Positions 29,021-39,374 of a DNA stretch of 64,000 nucleotides are shown piece after piece (position 1 is the stretch's first letter; the number at the start of each line of letters is the position of its first letter). The position numbers and the translations under genes were made by a program. This DNA comes from Gammaproteobacteria bacterium (GTDB lineage Bacteria > Pseudomonadota > Gammaproteobacteria > Eutrophobiales > Eutrophobiaceae): NCBI GenBank assembly GCA_963422205.2, contig CAXMWX010000005.1, positions 576,001-640,000 of the forward strand. Reading direction: 5' to 3'. The notes beneath the pieces are model-generated. The model ran no database searches. It was not told the origin of the DNA and saw only the letters and a list, made by a program, of their open reading frames with translations.

Positions 29021-30085
29021 CTAGTAATTGACCTTGGGGCTGCCTGCAGGATAGAAAACACCCATCAGACGCATACCCTCGGCACTCGTGCATTCCAGGG
29101 CATGATCCTGTTTGGCCGGCAGGAAAATAATATCGCCCGGCCCGACTGCTGCCTTGACTGTATCCGTCCACATCATGCCTGAACCTGAGAGGATATAAAT
29201 CACCTCTTCATAGAGATGGCGGTGATACGCTGCCTTGGATTGCGGGATCTCGCCAATAAATTGTGTCACCTGCTCACAGCCAAGCTGCTGATTGATCAGC
29301 TCCTGTAGAAAACGATCTGCCATCGTCTCACGCTTGTCTTCCGCATAGGTTCTTGTGCGCTCCGGCTGACTGATATCAAAATCAGTCGGCATGCTATCAG
29401 GCAGTATCAACTGAGCATCACCCGGGCAGACGGTGATCAGCGCATCAATCAACTCTCCACTTTCATTACCTAGAGAGAACACTTCTCCAGAGCGAATATA
29501 GGCACCAGTTTCCAACGGCATGGCAAAGGCTTTGCCCGAGATAATAATACTGCCAGAACCCTGGGAAAAAAACACCACTACCTCTGCACCTGGAAAGGTC
29601 ATAAGCGGTGAGGTGCCTTGTTCAACAAGCACGGTGTATTGCGCCAGATGTTTAGCCCCGGTTGCAGCGGATATGATGGGTGCTATCCGCAGATTGCCAT
29701 AGCGTTGCAGGGCAGCCGGATTACGCCGCAATACATAACAACCATTATCAAGCCGGGCTTGTTGTGAAACATTATCAATAAACGTACCGTAACCCGTCTC
29801 TGTAACATCAACATGGTCATCCGGCTCTGCTTCTGCATATTTATCGAGCAGGTTATTATGCGAACCATCGCAAAAAGGCGGGGATCTGGTATGTTTGCAG
29901 GCGCAAAAAATCCGTTCTTCATCTTGCTCGGGGACATAGCGTAAAGGTTTAAATTCTGTCCCCTCATGTGCACCATCACAAAACGGTTGCTTACTACTGC
30001 GTCCACAACGACACCAGGTATAAGGCCTGCCCGTCTTAAGCTGCACAAAGTAAGGTTTTAATCTGGCGATTACCGGCTCAGTCAT
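29021..30085 (-). CDS. Tandem CDGSH [2Fe-2S] domains fused to cupin domain(s)
   Basis: WCRCGRS..PFCDGAH and FCACKHT..PFCDGSH; C-terminal HRHLYEE..GDIIFLPAKQDH cupin motifs. Confidence 0.82.
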   Translation of the reverse strand: MTEPVIARLKPYFVQLKTGRPYTWCRCGRSSKQPFCDGAHEGTEFKPLRYVPEQDEERIFCACKHTRSPPFCDGSHNNLLDKYAEAEPDDHVDVTETGYGTFIDNVSQQARLDNGCYVLRRNPAALQRYGNLRIAPIISAATGAKHLAQYTVLVEQGTSPLMTFPGAEVVVFFSQGSGSIIISGKAFAMPLETGAYIRSGEVFSLGNESGELIDALITVCPGDAQLILPDSMPTDFDISQPERTRTYAEDKRETMADRFLQELINQQLGCEQVTQFIGEIPQSKAAYHRHLYEEVIYILSGSGMMWTDTVKAAVGPGDIIFLPAKQDHALECTSAEGMRLMGVFYPAGSPKVNY

Positions 30086-30417
30086 TTGTCATTGTCTTGC
30101 TGTATCAAAAGATCATTATAAAAATAATTGCTGTAATTGAAACCCTGCCCCTAGCCTTAAAAGACTAAACAACAAGCACAAGATAAAAACAGCCGATTAA
30201 GCCAGGGGAAATTTCGCTGATGTTGTGCTCCCGTTCCTTCATATACGGATCTTGCCACCCAGCTGGAAAGAGATATGTCATACAGCAACACCTATTTCAG
30301 CACACCAATAAACTTTGACAATACATGTTTTCCATACCGATGTTGAGACCGGCCTTCCTCTGACAGAAATACAGACAAAACATGTAAGCTGCTGCTGGCT
30401 GTATAAAAAAGCAGCGG

Positions 30418-31728
30418 TTAGCTACCAGCAAGGGATTCGTACAAAGTTCCACTCAGGGTAATGAATAAAATCATTGGAGCAAACCATTTAATCCAAAAAA
30501 AGTAGGCACGAGCTAACCGTGGATAACCATTGCCAAAAACCTGTTTAATCGTATTCGCTCTGCCTATGCCCCAAGCCAGAGCCAGCAAGGCAAGGCAACC
30601 TCCTATCAGCATGGCAGCCGAGCCAAAGAGCATGTCGGCTGAAGCGATTAGCTGGGGGTAGAAAGTAAAGGGTAATAATAATAGGGCCTGAACGGTAACC
30701 AAACCAATGAGTAACTGGCGTTTGTTAATGTGTAGTCGCTCTACATCACCAAGCAAGCCACCGACTAGGGCTTCAAGCAGGGCGACATAGGACAACAGGG
30801 CCACCAAGAACAAAGAGCCTAACATCAGGCTACCAAAAAGACGACCGCCTGGAAGCGTGCTAAAAAGATCAGGCAAGGTTTCAAACAATAAGGTCGGGCC
30901 CGAAGTCAACTCCACCCCGAATACCAGTAAGGCCGGAATAAGATACAGCGAGGCTAATAATGCTGCGCCGGTATCACCAAGGCAGGTCATGAGTCCCAGC
31001 CGGGGCAGTTTGATCTCATCTTTTAAATAACTGCCATAGATCAGTGTCAATGTGGCTCCCAGACCGATGGAGAAATACGCCTGACCCATGGCGGCAAAGA
31101 CTTCAGTAAACCCTATCTTGCTGAAGTCTACTTGTAGAAACATGGATAAATGTGTAACCGCACCCGGCAAGGTCAACACTTTGCACACCAAATAAAAACT
31201 GCTCAAAAAAAAGAACGGGACGAATAGCTTGCTAACAAGCTCAATACCGCTTTTAACTCCTCGATGTATGATAAAAGCGGCAATAAACAGGATAAATAGC
31301 GCCAGAGATAATTGCAGGAAAGGATTATGTAGGCCTGACTGAAAAATACGCGTTGTCTGCTGGCCAAAACCATGCACTGTTGCAAAATAGGTGCTATAAA
31401 AAACATGGCCGATGACCACAAGATAATAGCCACCAGCAATAGTGAGACAGCACAGCAAAGCATAGCCAACCAGACGTCCGTACAGCAACCCAAAGGTGGC
31501 AGTAAATGCCCCAATGGTTCCCTGACGAGTGTGTCTGGCCAAGGCCCATTCCGACATCAGGGCCGGCAAGGTTAGCAAAACGATAAAAAGAATAAATACC
31601 ACGAGAAAGGCGCTGCCGCCGTAACTGCCCATCATGTAAGGAAAACGCCAGACATTGCCAATACCGATAGCAAGACCGGCAGTGACCATCAGGGAGCTGA
31701 AAAAAGAACTAAAACGCAGCGCCGGCAA
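30418..31728 (-). CDS. Sodium-dependent transporter, NSS/SNF family
   Basis: GLAIGIGNVWRFPY, GGSAF, GQAYFSIGLG, GPTLLF. Confidence 0.9.
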   Translation of the reverse strand: MPALRFSSFFSSLMVTAGLAIGIGNVWRFPYMMGSYGGSAFLVVFILFIVLLTLPALMSEWALARHTRQGTIGAFTATFGLLYGRLVGYALLCCLTIAGGYYLVVIGHVFYSTYFATVHGFGQQTTRIFQSGLHNPFLQLSLALFILFIAAFIIHRGVKSGIELVSKLFVPFFFLSSFYLVCKVLTLPGAVTHLSMFLQVDFSKIGFTEVFAAMGQAYFSIGLGATLTLIYGSYLKDEIKLPRLGLMTCLGDTGAALLASLYLIPALLVFGVELTSGPTLLFETLPDLFSTLPGGRLFGSLMLGSLFLVALLSYVALLEALVGGLLGDVERLHINKRQLLIGLVTVQALLLLPFTFYPQLIASADMLFGSAAMLIGGCLALLALAWGIGRANTIKQVFGNGYPRLARAYFFWIKWFAPMILFITLSGTLYESLAGS

Positions 31729-31752
31729 ATTACCATTCCTTTATGATCAAAA

Positions 31753-32220
31753 TTATTTACGACGCAAGGCAGTGATTTCAATTTCGATCAAGGCACCTTC
31801 TGCCGCCAATTGCGTGACTACTGTCGTATTTGCTGGCCTGACATCACCCAGGTACTGATGTAATTTATTCGGCATGGCTGCAATATATTTCGTATCAACG
31901 ATGAAGCAGCGTACCCGAACGATATCTTCAAGCCTGGCATTGACCCGGTTTAGCGTGTCGCCAATATTGATAAAAATCTGGTCCATTTGCTGATCAAAAC
32001 CGGCAGGGATAGAACTGTCTTTGGGGTTGAAACCAACAGTGCCGGAGGCAAATATCCAGTCTCCATCTACCACTGCACGTGAGTAGGCTGCCATTGCTTC
32101 CCACTTTGAACCTGAGGAGATAAACATCCTTTGTTGACCATCAGACTCAGCGGCCGATATAGAGACGGATAACAGTAACAACAGAACGATCATGAGCAAG
32201 CGGACGGGTTCAACTATCAT
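31753..32220 (-). CDS. Rid (YjgF/YER057c) family protein with signal peptide
   Basis: SSGSKWE..YSRAV..SGTVG, RPANT, IEIEITA; hydrophobic leader LLMIVLLLLLSVSISA. Confidence 0.82.
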   Translation of the reverse strand: MIVEPVRLLMIVLLLLLSVSISAAESDGQQRMFISSGSKWEAMAAYSRAVVDGDWIFASGTVGFNPKDSSIPAGFDQQMDQIFINIGDTLNRVNARLEDIVRVRCFIVDTKYIAAMPNKLHQYLGDVRPANTTVVTQLAAEGALIEIEITALRRK

Positions 32221-32236
32221 ATTGATATGCTCCCAT

Positions 32237-32716
32237 TTATTGATGATAACGCCTTGCTTCAGGGCGATTGGCCCGCCAGCGAAAGAACTCGACAATATAG
32301 CCCTCTGGATCATACATGCGGAACTCTTCAATCATCCCATCGGCGCCGTCTTCTATACCGTGAATCATGTCAATTCCCTGCTTATCTTTTAATGTATCCC
32401 ACCAAACCTCTAACTCAGGCGTTTCAATCGACAACAGGGCACCCTTGTTTTTTGTCGGCTTGAGCGAGCCGCCAGAATCATTCACCAGGCCAATGAAGGA
32501 TGAGGGCGTTAATTCAAATATATACACCCAGTCTTCTTCGGTGATCAGCTTAAGCCCCAGCGTGTTTTTATACCAAGCTGCTGCTGCAGGCAAATCCTGA
32601 TAATAAAAGAAGGTTACGCCAGCGGCAATCGATGGATTAGGCTCTGCCGCCGTGATCTCTCCGGCAAGCAACAGGGAGAGTACAGAGCCGATAAACAGCA
32701 CCTGAATATCCTTCAT
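32237..32716 (-). CDS. VOC/glyoxalase-family protein with signal peptide
   Basis: AAAWYKNTLGL, FRMYDPEGYIVEF; hydrophobic leader. Confidence 0.8.
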   Translation of the reverse strand: MKDIQVLFIGSVLSLLLAGEITAAEPNPSIAAGVTFFYYQDLPAAAAWYKNTLGLKLITEEDWVYIFELTPSSFIGLVNDSGGSLKPTKNKGALLSIETPELEVWWDTLKDKQGIDMIHGIEDGADGMIEEFRMYDPEGYIVEFFRWRANRPEARRYHQ

Positions 32717-32759
32717 TTTTCCTACCTTAGTTGCTGTATTATTTAATCTGTGCATCTCC

Positions 32760-35114
32760 TTAGAAATAACGCTTGATACGCAAGCCCCATTCTATGGGAC
32801 GGGAGATAGCACCATCGGCGTAATTAAACCCTTTAAACCCAGCCAGCACCACCTGCTTGTCCAAAGCATTTTGCACAAATAGAGAACCACTCCAGTTTCC
32901 CTTATTGCTGGCGTAGCCCAGGGCCAGGTTAAGCATGGTGTAGGCATCCCGTTTTAATACCTGACTGTTAATAGCATCGTTGTACTGCTTGTCTGTATAG
33001 CCAACATCAAGGCGCGGCGTGAAGGCGCCATAAGCAGTATGAATAACATAAGCCACTGAAGCGTTAAATTGCCATTCCGGTGTATTAGGCAGCGCATCAT
33101 CCACAGTGATAGCCGAGTTGGGATCACGTACATTTCCAGGATTATTGGCGACAACGCTTCTATACTGTGAGTCAAGATAAGCCAATCCGGTTGAAATACG
33201 CAGATTGGGCATTGGCAAAGCGGAAATTTCTAATTCAAAACCCTTGTTATCCGCATTGCCCAGATTACCGATCAGGCTAACCGCATTGCCAAGATCAGGT
33301 TGGAAAACATTCGCAGGTAGCTGAACCCCTTTATAGCGCATCAGAAAACCAGCAGCGGACAGATTCATCCTGCCTGCAAATGTAGACCATTTCAAACCCA
33401 ATTCATAGGAGGTCACAAACTCAGGGCCAAACTGTGGCAGAAAGGCCAAGGGCCCATTTCTTACCTGAATGCCGCCGCCCTTGAAGCCCTCAGAATAACT
33501 GGCATAAAACATGACATCCTCGCTTAATCGATAGGAAAGATTAAGATAGGGTACCGTCTCTTTTACAGCAGCCTTGTATGTTCCTGTAGGCACCAGGGGA
33601 GCAGGCAGGTTGGCGCCAGCCAGTGTATTGGCCTTGATGCCCCTAAAAGAGAGATTATTGACAAACCCGGTGGTGAGCGCCTGGTGCCTCGCTCCATCCA
33701 CAATCGCCTGTTTTTCTTCATGGGTATAGCGCAGACCTGCGGTCAAAGACCATTGTTCAGTAATATGAAAGGTGCCTTGAGCAAACACAGCAAGGTCCTC
33801 GGTTTTAAAGAATCCACCAGAGAGAATATCGAAACTGGCAAACAGAATTGCATCGTCCTCCACGCCATCCTCATAGAAATAATACCCACCGATAGTCCAG
33901 TCCAGCCGGTCATTGAAAGAGGTGCCACTTAGCTGAATCTCTTGACTCCAAACATCGTAATCAACCGACAGGAACAATTCGACCTGCTGATTAAACGGAA
34001 GATTGTCTGCATCACGACCAAAATGTGATGTCAGCGTTTTATAGGCACTGATGGACTTCAGTCTGAGTTGATCATGGATATACCAATTTAGCGTCAAAGA
34101 CGCATTGTAGCTTTCCAAATCAGTTGGAATATCAGTATTGGTAAAACTGATGCAGCAGGGGCCATCGGGATCGTTAATAGCTTGCGGGCTAAACCCCTGT
34201 AACATCCCCCGCAAGACAGCAGAGTCCACAAACGGTGCGATAAAATCCCGGAACCGAGTTGGCTGCGTCCCGGCCGGGTGAGTCGGATCCTGTGACAGGG
34301 CAACCTGGGCAGCGCCCTCGGAATCATCACGATCAAAGCCTATAGTCAGATCAGCGGTCAAACGATCACTTGCCAACCAGCGTGCCTGCGCTATCAGATT
34401 GACCGCATCCTTATCACCACTTTTCCCATCAACAAAGGGACGAGCAACAAAACCATCGCGGTCTTGGGATAATGCGGATAACCTGAAAAAAAATCTGTCT
34501 GATAAAGGAATGTTCATATGTCCTTTAAAGTCCAGGCGATTATATGAACCGGCGATAAATTCAATATCTCCATCGTGCTCAGCATGCGGTTTTTTTGTGA
34601 CTACACGAATGGCACCGCCAATAGTATTACGGCCAAACAAGGTACCCCGTGGCCCGCGCAATACCTCAATACGCTCCACATCCACCACATTGGTCACATT
34701 ACCGATAGAATGGGGAAGATAAACATCATCAATATAGATGCCTACGCCGGGTTCAACCGCCAGCGTGTAATCACTTTGACCAATACCACGAATAAATACC
34801 GCGGCCGCGTTATTGCTGCCGGAAATATTCGCTGAACTGCTAAACACCAGGCCCGGGGTCTGAGTACCAATCTGATCGATACTGCTGATGTTTCTGTCAA
34901 TCAGCTCTTCACCCTTAAATGCAGTCACGGAGATTGGGGTACTCATCAGAGACTCTTCCCGCTTGCGTGCGGTAACAGTGATTTCCTCGAGCCTCAAAGC
35001 ATCGCTGTTGCCTGCCTGCTGCGCTTGAGCAGGGATGGCTAAAACAGCCACGAGAGAAACGGCAAGACTACTAAAATATCGTTCTTTAAAAAACATCTGC
35101 TTTTCCTCACTCAT
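32760..35114 (-). CDS. TonB-dependent receptor
   Basis: LEEITVTARKREE, IEVLRGPRGTLFGRNTIGG, terminal YF. Confidence 0.92.
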   Translation of the reverse strand: MSEEKQMFFKERYFSSLAVSLVAVLAIPAQAQQAGNSDALRLEEITVTARKREESLMSTPISVTAFKGEELIDRNISSIDQIGTQTPGLVFSSSANISGSNNAAAVFIRGIGQSDYTLAVEPGVGIYIDDVYLPHSIGNVTNVVDVERIEVLRGPRGTLFGRNTIGGAIRVVTKKPHAEHDGDIEFIAGSYNRLDFKGHMNIPLSDRFFFRLSALSQDRDGFVARPFVDGKSGDKDAVNLIAQARWLASDRLTADLTIGFDRDDSEGAAQVALSQDPTHPAGTQPTRFRDFIAPFVDSAVLRGMLQGFSPQAINDPDGPCCISFTNTDIPTDLESYNASLTLNWYIHDQLRLKSISAYKTLTSHFGRDADNLPFNQQVELFLSVDYDVWSQEIQLSGTSFNDRLDWTIGGYYFYEDGVEDDAILFASFDILSGGFFKTEDLAVFAQGTFHITEQWSLTAGLRYTHEEKQAIVDGARHQALTTGFVNNLSFRGIKANTLAGANLPAPLVPTGTYKAAVKETVPYLNLSYRLSEDVMFYASYSEGFKGGGIQVRNGPLAFLPQFGPEFVTSYELGLKWSTFAGRMNLSAAGFLMRYKGVQLPANVFQPDLGNAVSLIGNLGNADNKGFELEISALPMPNLRISTGLAYLDSQYRSVVANNPGNVRDPNSAITVDDALPNTPEWQFNASVAYVIHTAYGAFTPRLDVGYTDKQYNDAINSQVLKRDAYTMLNLALGYASNKGNWSGSLFVQNALDKQVVLAGFKGFNYADGAISRPIEWGLRIKRYF

Positions 35115-35366
35115 AAGTAGCCATTGTGTTTTCTGCTAAGAGACTTAGAAGAAGCGAAGAACCATTGGATGTTCTGCGATAACTACGATATTTATGCTCC
35201 ACCTAACAAGTCTATTTGCACTAGCGATTTGAATTTACAGTTTGCCCCTGATGGTTAGCTAAAAATACTATAGCTGCTCAGGTTGTGATGGTAAACAGAA
35301 AAATTAGACTAAGAGGGCTAACTTTAGTAAATTTACCTCCCCCGATAGTCGTTTAATGCGTAAAAA

Positions 35367-36011
35367 ATGACAAGTAAAAACACTCGGAAAAAAATTAAGA
35401 CTGCGGCAACTTTTTTATTTAATCAGTTTAGTACCAGCAAAATATCGACTAATCGTATCGCCATAGAATGCCAGATCAGCAAAGGCAACCTGCATTACCA
35501 CTTCAAAAATAAATAAGAGCTAATTCGCGATATTTTCGCTGATATGGTGCACGAGATAGAAACCGACTGGCATGGTGATGAGGATAAACCAAACGTAAAA
35601 CACATGGCAGAGATGTTCGTGCGCCAGCTAGACTTGATCTGGCGTTTTCGTTTTTTCTATCGCGAAATGGTTTCTCTGGTCAGGCTTGATCCTGTGTTGA
35701 AAAAATCTATCAGTCAATTCAGGGTTAAGCGTATTGAAGCCGTTGTAGGCTTTTTCGATAGCCTGATAGAGGCGGGTGTGCTGATTATGCCACGTAGCAG
35801 AGAAAGCCTGCGCTATCTGGTATTAATGACCTGGATATTCTGTGACAACTGGCTGAATTTTCTGGAGTTGCAAAATGAGGAAGAAACCGATGAGGCCCTG
35901 CAACTAGGCTATGATTTTATTATTGAGATTCTCTACCCTCATATGACTGAAAAAGCCAAAGCGGAAATCTACCACAGCTATGCGATGATTAATATGGCCA
36001 TCAAGCCTTGA
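35367..36011 (+). pseudogene. TetR-family regulator interrupted by an in-frame TAA
   Basis: ATG 35367 gives ..STNRIAIECQISKGNLHYHFKNK*ELI, TAA at 35514-35516; the same frame continues into ORF 35544-36011. Confidence 0.85.
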
Positions 36012-36268
36012 CAGGCCCCATCGCTATCTCTTTCAGGTAAGCAATCATTTCGGTGATAAACTCAGCTGCCCTGCTGCAACACCTCCATGTCAGGCATTTG
36101 TAATGATAGCCAGAGTTTAAGCAGTCTGAATGAACGGATAACTTGCAGACTAAGCTTGCGCCAATTCATCGTCTTCTGATCAATGAAGAGAGTTTATCTA
36201 TGCGGTAAACTACCCGTGCTTTTAATACATTGTCATACTGAAACAAAACAGGACATGAGGTAATAGCA

Positions 36269-37309
36269 ATGCAGTTAGGTTTGCAATTAGGTTATTCCCG
36301 GGCAGGGATTCAGATCCCCATGGATATGATTCTGGAGGCAGAACGGCTCGGTTATGATTCGGTATGGACTGCCGAGGCGTATGGCTCTGATGCCGTGACG
36401 CCAGCAAGCTGGATCCTGGCGCAAACTTCCAGGATCAAGGTCGGTACTTCCATCATGCAGATACCTGCCCGTACCCCGACCATGACGGCAATGACGGCCA
36501 TGACCTTGCAGCATTTATCTGCCAATCGGTTTATCCTGGGTCTGGGGCCATCCGGGCCACAGGTGGTTGAGGGCTGGTACGGCGTCAGTTACGCCAGACC
36601 GCTCACCCGTATGCGTGAGTATATCGACATTATCCGACAGGTGTTTGCCCGACAGCAGGCAGTACACCATGATGGCTATCATTATCAGATCCCTTATGCC
36701 GGGGCGGACAGCACCGGGCTGGGCAAGCCGTTAAAAAGCATATTGCATGGCGATCCGAAGGCAAAGATCTACACGGCGGCGATGACTCATGGCGGTGTGG
36801 CGCTGGCGGCGGAGTTGGCCGATGGTTTCTTTCCGGTGTGGATGAATCCGGAGCGGTTTGATATTTTCAGTGCAGCTATCGATAGCGGTTTTGCCAGGGC
36901 CACAGCGACAAAGAAGCTGGCGCAGTTTGATATTGCCCCGTTTGTGATGGTCGTTATGGGTGAGGATATTAATGCATGTCGGGAACAGGTGAAGCAGCAC
37001 CTGGCGCTGTATGTGGGCGGCATGGGCGCGGCGAAGAAAAATTTTTATAACGATTACACCAGGGCCCTGGGGTATGAAGCGGCGGCCGAGACCATACAGG
37101 CATTGTTTCTGGCGGGGAAAAAGGCCGAGGCGGCGGCCAGCGTGCCGGATTCTTACGTGGATGATATTGCGCTGGTCGGCCCGGCCGATCATATCCGTGA
37201 GCAGTTGCCACGCTGGCGGGAAGCGGATAAAAAACATCACGTCAGCACCATGTTGCTCAACTGCAACTCAACCGCCGCACTGCAACTGCTGGCCGAAGAG
37301 ATGCTCTAG
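36269..37309 (+). CDS. Luciferase-like monooxygenase family, F420-dependent-type oxidoreductase
   Basis: VWTAEAYGSDA, ARTP..AMTAMTL, LGLGPSGPQVVEGWYG, LYVGGMG..KNFYN. Confidence 0.85.
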   Translation: MQLGLQLGYSRAGIQIPMDMILEAERLGYDSVWTAEAYGSDAVTPASWILAQTSRIKVGTSIMQIPARTPTMTAMTAMTLQHLSANRFILGLGPSGPQVVEGWYGVSYARPLTRMREYIDIIRQVFARQQAVHHDGYHYQIPYAGADSTGLGKPLKSILHGDPKAKIYTAAMTHGGVALAAELADGFFPVWMNPERFDIFSAAIDSGFARATATKKLAQFDIAPFVMVVMGEDINACREQVKQHLALYVGGMGAAKKNFYNDYTRALGYEAAAETIQALFLAGKKAEAAASVPDSYVDDIALVGPADHIREQLPRWREADKKHHVSTMLLNCNSTAALQLLAEEML

Positions 37310-37474
37310 CCATGACAGGCAATTCACATTATCAAAAATGCAAACACCCAACTTATGCCAGGACGTGATGGATGGCCTGATGAGTAGCTTGATGGATAAT
37401 CTGTATTCGAGTGCAATCAAACAGGCAATATGAAATCCTTATCCGCTGCACACACAGCACTCGCCGGGGCCTAT

Positions 37475-37966
37475 TCACGCATACAGCCAGACCGGTGTGT
37501 TTTCTGTCACCCGATCGAATAATTCAATCACGTCCCGGTTACGCATACGGACACAGCCGCCAGAACCCGGCACACCCATCGCCACCTCATCCGGTGCCCC
37601 ATGCAGATAGATATAGCGCTGATAGGTATCCACATCCCCGCCCTGATTGACCCCGGGCTCCTCGCCGGCAAGCCAGAGAATGCGGGTTAATATCCAGTCG
37701 CGCTGTGGGTATTGTTCGCACATGCCCGGTTGATAAATTTCACCGCTGGGAACCCGCCCGACAAATACGGTGTTCTCCTGGCAGCCGGCACCAATCTTCT
37801 CGGCAATCCTGTGCCTGCCTCTGGGCGTACAGCCGCTGTTTTGCAACTCGCCCGCCCCCTGTTTTGCGGTCGAGACAGTATATCTGCGCTCAACTTTATC
37901 GGCCAGTTTAAGCAGCAACACCTGCCTGCTGATGTCAACTTCAATACATCGCCGGATGGTCGTCAT
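37475..37966 (-). CDS. L,D-transpeptidase (YkuD) family protein
   Basis: TPRG, IYLHG..PGSGGCVRM catalytic motif. Confidence 0.85.
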   Translation of the reverse strand: MTTIRRCIEVDISRQVLLLKLADKVERRYTVSTAKQGAGELQNSGCTPRGRHRIAEKIGAGCQENTVFVGRVPSGEIYQPGMCEQYPQRDWILTRILWLAGEEPGVNQGGDVDTYQRYIYLHGAPDEVAMGVPGSGGCVRMRNRDVIELFDRVTENTPVWLYA

Positions 37967-38017
37967 GAAGCTGACAGGCTGCTGGATTTTTGCCTGTGCA
38001 AAATGCTAATCATGAGT

Positions 38018-39343
38018 TCAGCGCACAAACAGTGCCATGGATTCAACGTGGCGTGTGTGAGGAAACATATCCACCACCCCGGCTTTTTTAAGGCGATAGC
38101 CGCTGTGATTGACCAGCATGTCTGCATCTCTCGCCAGGGTGGCCGGGTTACAGGACACATACAATATCATCGTTATATGCTCCAGTGGCAGTTGTTGTAA
38201 CACCTGCCGGGCGCCGCTTCGTGGCGGATCCAGCAGCAGCTTGTTGACTGCGGACAGATCGAACACTGTATCAACGGTATCCTGCACAAGATCGCTGATG
38301 GCGAACTCGATATTGGTTATCTCATTGTCATCGGCATTGGCCCTCGCCTGCTGGATTAAACGGCGACTGCCCTCCAGACCAAAGACATGCCTGGCGTATC
38401 GTGCCAATGGCAGGGAAAAATTACCCAGACCACAAAACAGATCCAGCACAACATCCTCTTTATCAGGTGCCAGCAGCTCTATCGCCCGATCGATCATTTT
38501 GTTATTCAGGGCAAAATTAATCTGCGTAAAATCCTGCGGGCGAAAACCGACAGTGATCGCCCCATGGTCAATCGTGTAATGCAACGCCGGCTCCGGTTCA
38601 GATAAGGGATGAATGGTATCCAGCCCGCCCGGTTGCAGGTAAAACCGCAGACCATGAATCTCCTCAAACTGCCTGAGTGCGACCATATCCCCGGTGCTTA
38701 ACGGCTGTAAATGCCGCAGGATCAGCGCTGTCGTATTCTCCGCCACGGCAATCTCAATCTGCGCCAGTTGATTATAAACAGACAGGCCGGCGATTAGCGT
38801 CTGCAACTCCGCTATACGCTCACCGACCTTCGGATGCAACACCACACACGCATCCATATCAGTGATGAATCTGCTGTGCTTTTCCTTAAAGCCCACCAAC
38901 ACCCTGGCCTTTTTCAGCACATGTTTTACACCCAGCCTGGCCTTGTGTCGATAACCCCAGTGCCTCTCTGTCAGGGGCGGCAAGAGTTGCTCTGGTATGC
39001 TGGCGGCCAGATGGGCGAGCTGTTCCAGCAACACCGCCTGCTTGTGCTTTATCTGCTCGGCTGGCTGCAGGTGCATCAGACTGCAACCCCCACAAACGGC
39101 ATAGTGCCTGCACCTGGCCGCCACCCGAAGCGGGGAGGGCTTCAAGATGTCCACGGCATAGCCCTCATCAAACCGGCGGCGTTTGCTTGAGTAGAGAAAA
39201 CTCACCTCCTCACCCGCCAGGGCGCCCGCAATAAACACGGCCTTGCCATCAACACGGGCAACGCCTCTGCCATCGTGCGAGAGTGACTCTACCGTGGCAA
39301 TCACAGGCGAAGCAGCGGATTTTTTGCGCCGGCAAGGTGACAT
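38018..39343 (-). CDS. rlmD: 23S rRNA m5U1939 methyltransferase
   Basis: TRAM domain, C..Y..CGGC, DLFCGLGNF, DPPRSG, YVSCNPATLARD, DMFPHT.HVES. Confidence 0.95.
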   Translation of the reverse strand: MSPCRRKKSAASPVIATVESLSHDGRGVARVDGKAVFIAGALAGEEVSFLYSSKRRRFDEGYAVDILKPSPLRVAARCRHYAVCGGCSLMHLQPAEQIKHKQAVLLEQLAHLAASIPEQLLPPLTERHWGYRHKARLGVKHVLKKARVLVGFKEKHSRFITDMDACVVLHPKVGERIAELQTLIAGLSVYNQLAQIEIAVAENTTALILRHLQPLSTGDMVALRQFEEIHGLRFYLQPGGLDTIHPLSEPEPALHYTIDHGAITVGFRPQDFTQINFALNNKMIDRAIELLAPDKEDVVLDLFCGLGNFSLPLARYARHVFGLEGSRRLIQQARANADDNEITNIEFAISDLVQDTVDTVFDLSAVNKLLLDPPRSGARQVLQQLPLEHITMILYVSCNPATLARDADMLVNHSGYRLKKAGVVDMFPHTRHVESMALFVR

Positions 39344-39374
39344 GACTTCACGCTGATCTGCGCTTGACGTATTT

